Under the pieces are notes generated by a model that was given only the letters and a program-made list of their open reading frames with translations, was not told the DNA's origin and made no database searches. Of a stretch of DNA of 56,975 nucleotides, positions 54,962-56,975 are shown one piece after another. How positions within the stretch are numbered: position 1 is the first letter of the stretch; the number at the start of each line of letters is the position of its first letter. The stretch is from positions 1 to 56,975 of the forward strand of contig JBBSHF010000003.1 of the NCBI GenBank assembly GCA_038253355.1, in the 5' to 3' direction. A program made the position numbers and the translations under genes. The stretch is from Candidatus Limnocylindria bacterium. Its GTDB lineage: Bacteria > Chloroflexota > Limnocylindria > QHBO01.

Positions 54962-56707
54962 ATGCTGTCCCACCTGTACCGCCACCTCCCAGCCGGGCTG
55001 CTGCTCCTTGCCCTGGTCACCCTGGCCGCACCGGCCTTCGGAGCAGGTCCGCCGTTCCCGAATCCGGTGGCGAGCCAATCGGTCTATGACCCCGCGGACG
55101 CGATCCGCGCCAACACCGAGGCCGCGCTGAAGAGCCAGATCGATGCGATCGAGCTGCGCACTGGCGCCGAGATCGTGGTCTACCTGCAGATCAAGCCCGC
55201 GATCAGCGAGGAGGAGAACCTCGACGACGCGCACGCGTTGATGGACCAGTGGGGGGTTGGCCGCAAGGGGTTCGACGACGGGCTGGTGATCCTGCTGGGT
55301 CTCGACGAGACGCGGCTGCACGGGCGGATCAGCCTGTACGCCGGTGCGGGCTTCAAAAGCGCCTACATCGCCGAGAACGGGCTGAAGATGATCATTGACG
55401 ACCAGATGGTGCCCGCGGCACGAGCCGGCGACATCGACGGCGCACTGCTCAGCGCCATGGACGTGATCAACGCCCAGGTGACGCCCGAGCAGCGGGATCG
55501 ATTGACCGGGCTGCGGCAGCTCAACGCGGTGCTGGGCCTGATCGCCGCGCCACTCATTTTCCTGGTGCTTCTCGGCCTGGCGTTTCGTTCCTGGCGCCGC
55601 AACGGCGACGACCCTGACTACCTCGACAGCCCGTCGATCCTGATGGCGGGGCCGCCCGCCGGCATGACACCGCCGCTCGCCACCGTGGTGCGCAGCGGCC
55701 GCGCCACGCAGCACAGCCTCGACACGACACTCGTCGAGCTGGCCAGCGTCGGTCGCATCGGCTTCTGGAACCTGGACCGAGTCTCCGACGCACGCTCCGA
55801 TGATGAGCCGGACGCCGAGCAGGACCCGGCCATCCTGCTCGGCAGCGAGCCAGCCGGCCATGGCGCCCTGGCGGCGCCGGAGCAGCTCGCCGAGCAGACG
55901 ATCCGCGGCATGGCGGCCGACAGCGACCGCCTCAGCCGGTCGTCGCTGTGGCCGCTGAACGGTGCGCTGGGTCCGGTGAAGGAGGTGCTCGACCGCGAGG
56001 CGCTGCGGCTCGGCTGGTTCACGCACCTGCCCGGGCCGGCCATCACGCGCTGGACCGCCATCGGCGGCGGCGAGCTGGTGCTCGGCGTGGTGGCTGGCTT
56101 CATCGGCTTCGCGATACCGATGAGCGGGATGACGACGCTTGGCCTGGCCCTCGCTCTGGCGGGCATCGGCAGCATGCTGTTCGGACAGGCGATGAGCCAG
56201 CGCACGCCCAACGGCGCGATGGTCGACGCCATGCTGAAGGCCTATCGGCGCACCCTGCTGAAGACCCTGGAACAGGCGCGCTCCATGACGGAGGTCGTCG
56301 CCGATCGGACCGTGCAGATCCTGGCCGATACGCCGGACAAAGCGGTGGTCTGGGGATTCGCGCTCGGCCTGCACGACGAGATCAGCGCGGTCCTGGAGCG
56401 CAGCCTTGCCGATCAACGCGAGGGCAAGGCACCGGCGTCGGGGGTCTATTACCCGTACTGGCTCGGCTCGTCGTCTTCGACTTCTTCGCTGTCATCACTG
56501 GCCGATGCCGGCGCCGGAGGCGCGACCGTCTTTCCGGGTGGCGGGAGCGTCTTCTCAGGCTCCGGCGTGCCCGACTTCGGGGGCATGTTCTCCGCGCTGG
56601 GAAGTATCGGCTCCACGCCGCCATCGAGCTCCAGCAGCTCGAGCGGGGGCGGCGGCTTCGGTGGCGGCGGTGGCGGAGGCGGCGGCGGAGCGAGCGGCAG
56701 CTTTTAG
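54962..56707 (+). CDS. TPM-domain / DUF2207-like membrane protein with Gly/Ser tail
   Basis: VYD.AD.I, WGVGRKG.DDG, TM segments, PPAGMTP and GGGFGGGG tail. Confidence 0.85.
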   Translation: MLSHLYRHLPAGLLLLALVTLAAPAFGAGPPFPNPVASQSVYDPADAIRANTEAALKSQIDAIELRTGAEIVVYLQIKPAISEEENLDDAHALMDQWGVGRKGFDDGLVILLGLDETRLHGRISLYAGAGFKSAYIAENGLKMIIDDQMVPAARAGDIDGALLSAMDVINAQVTPEQRDRLTGLRQLNAVLGLIAAPLIFLVLLGLAFRSWRRNGDDPDYLDSPSILMAGPPAGMTPPLATVVRSGRATQHSLDTTLVELASVGRIGFWNLDRVSDARSDDEPDAEQDPAILLGSEPAGHGALAAPEQLAEQTIRGMAADSDRLSRSSLWPLNGALGPVKEVLDREALRLGWFTHLPGPAITRWTAIGGGELVLGVVAGFIGFAIPMSGMTTLGLALALAGIGSMLFGQAMSQRTPNGAMVDAMLKAYRRTLLKTLEQARSMTEVVADRTVQILADTPDKAVVWGFALGLHDEISAVLERSLADQREGKAPASGVYYPYWLGSSSSTSSLSSLADAGAGGATVFPGGGSVFSGSGVPDFGGMFSALGSIGSTPPSSSSSSSGGGGFGGGGGGGGGGASGSF

Positions 56708-56751
56708 ACGCCGTGCTGGCGAGGATCGGCGATAGCCGCTATCGTTAAAAA

Positions 56752-56975
56752 ATGCAAAACGACAGAAGAGGCCCTGGCGGCGGTCGACCGGGCCGCCCCG
56801 GCGGCGAGCAACGCGGCGGGGGCCGACCAGGTGGCGACTACCGGGGCGGTGGTGGATTCCGCGGCGGTCAGCGCAGTGATCGGCCCGCCCGGCCCGCGCG
56901 TGACTTTGACGAGCGCGACCGTGGCTACCGTCCACCGCCACGCGATTTCCCGCGTGACCGGCCCTTTCCGAGCGG
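56752..56975 (+). CDS. Partial CDS with RGG-rich disordered N-terminus
   Basis: MQNDRRGPGGGRPGRPGGEQRGGG...; open to the window end. -10 TATCGT lies 6 nt upstream. Confidence 0.65.
   Translation, partial: MQNDRRGPGGGRPGRPGGEQRGGGRPGGDYRGGGGFRGGQRSDRPARPARDFDERDRGYRPPPRDFPRDRPFPS

Noticed and set aside
56729-56752. Terminator after the TPM gene
   Set aside because: The hairpin is followed by an A-run rather than a T-run. It is better read as the -10 and start of the next gene.

Overview
High-GC bacterial chromosome fragment. The gene set (class I LysRS, RpoN with a Cys4 insert, HppA, many leaderless genes) suggests a Chloroflexota-like lineage; this is an inference. Positions 80-11878 are a complete ~11.8 kb element integrated in a tRNA-Arg(GCG) gene and bounded by a perfect 47-bp direct repeat. 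It has a PICI/phage-satellite layout: tyrosine integrase, divergent HTH regulators, excisionase, primase-polymerase, AAA helicase and an iteron-like origin. It also carries a packaging module made of a Zn/HTH small-terminase-like gene plus a large terminase split into separate ATPase and nuclease genes. No portal, capsid or tail gene is recognisable, and the cargo is an MTase-endonuclease fusion. The remaining ~45 kb is mostly housekeeping: two tRNA-Ser genes, aroE-like, tdk, serS, lysS, greA, uppP, hppA, rpoN, lepB, ndk, coaX-coaBC-panC, gdhA, acyl-CoA metabolism, meaB, folE and an osmoprotectant ABC transporter. Oddities there include two palindrome mini-arrays with a 51-bp period, active-site-divergent AroE and PanC, a greA leader terminator, a sigma54 promoter and a candidate structured RNA. 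All calls come from motifs recognised by eye; no database search was run.
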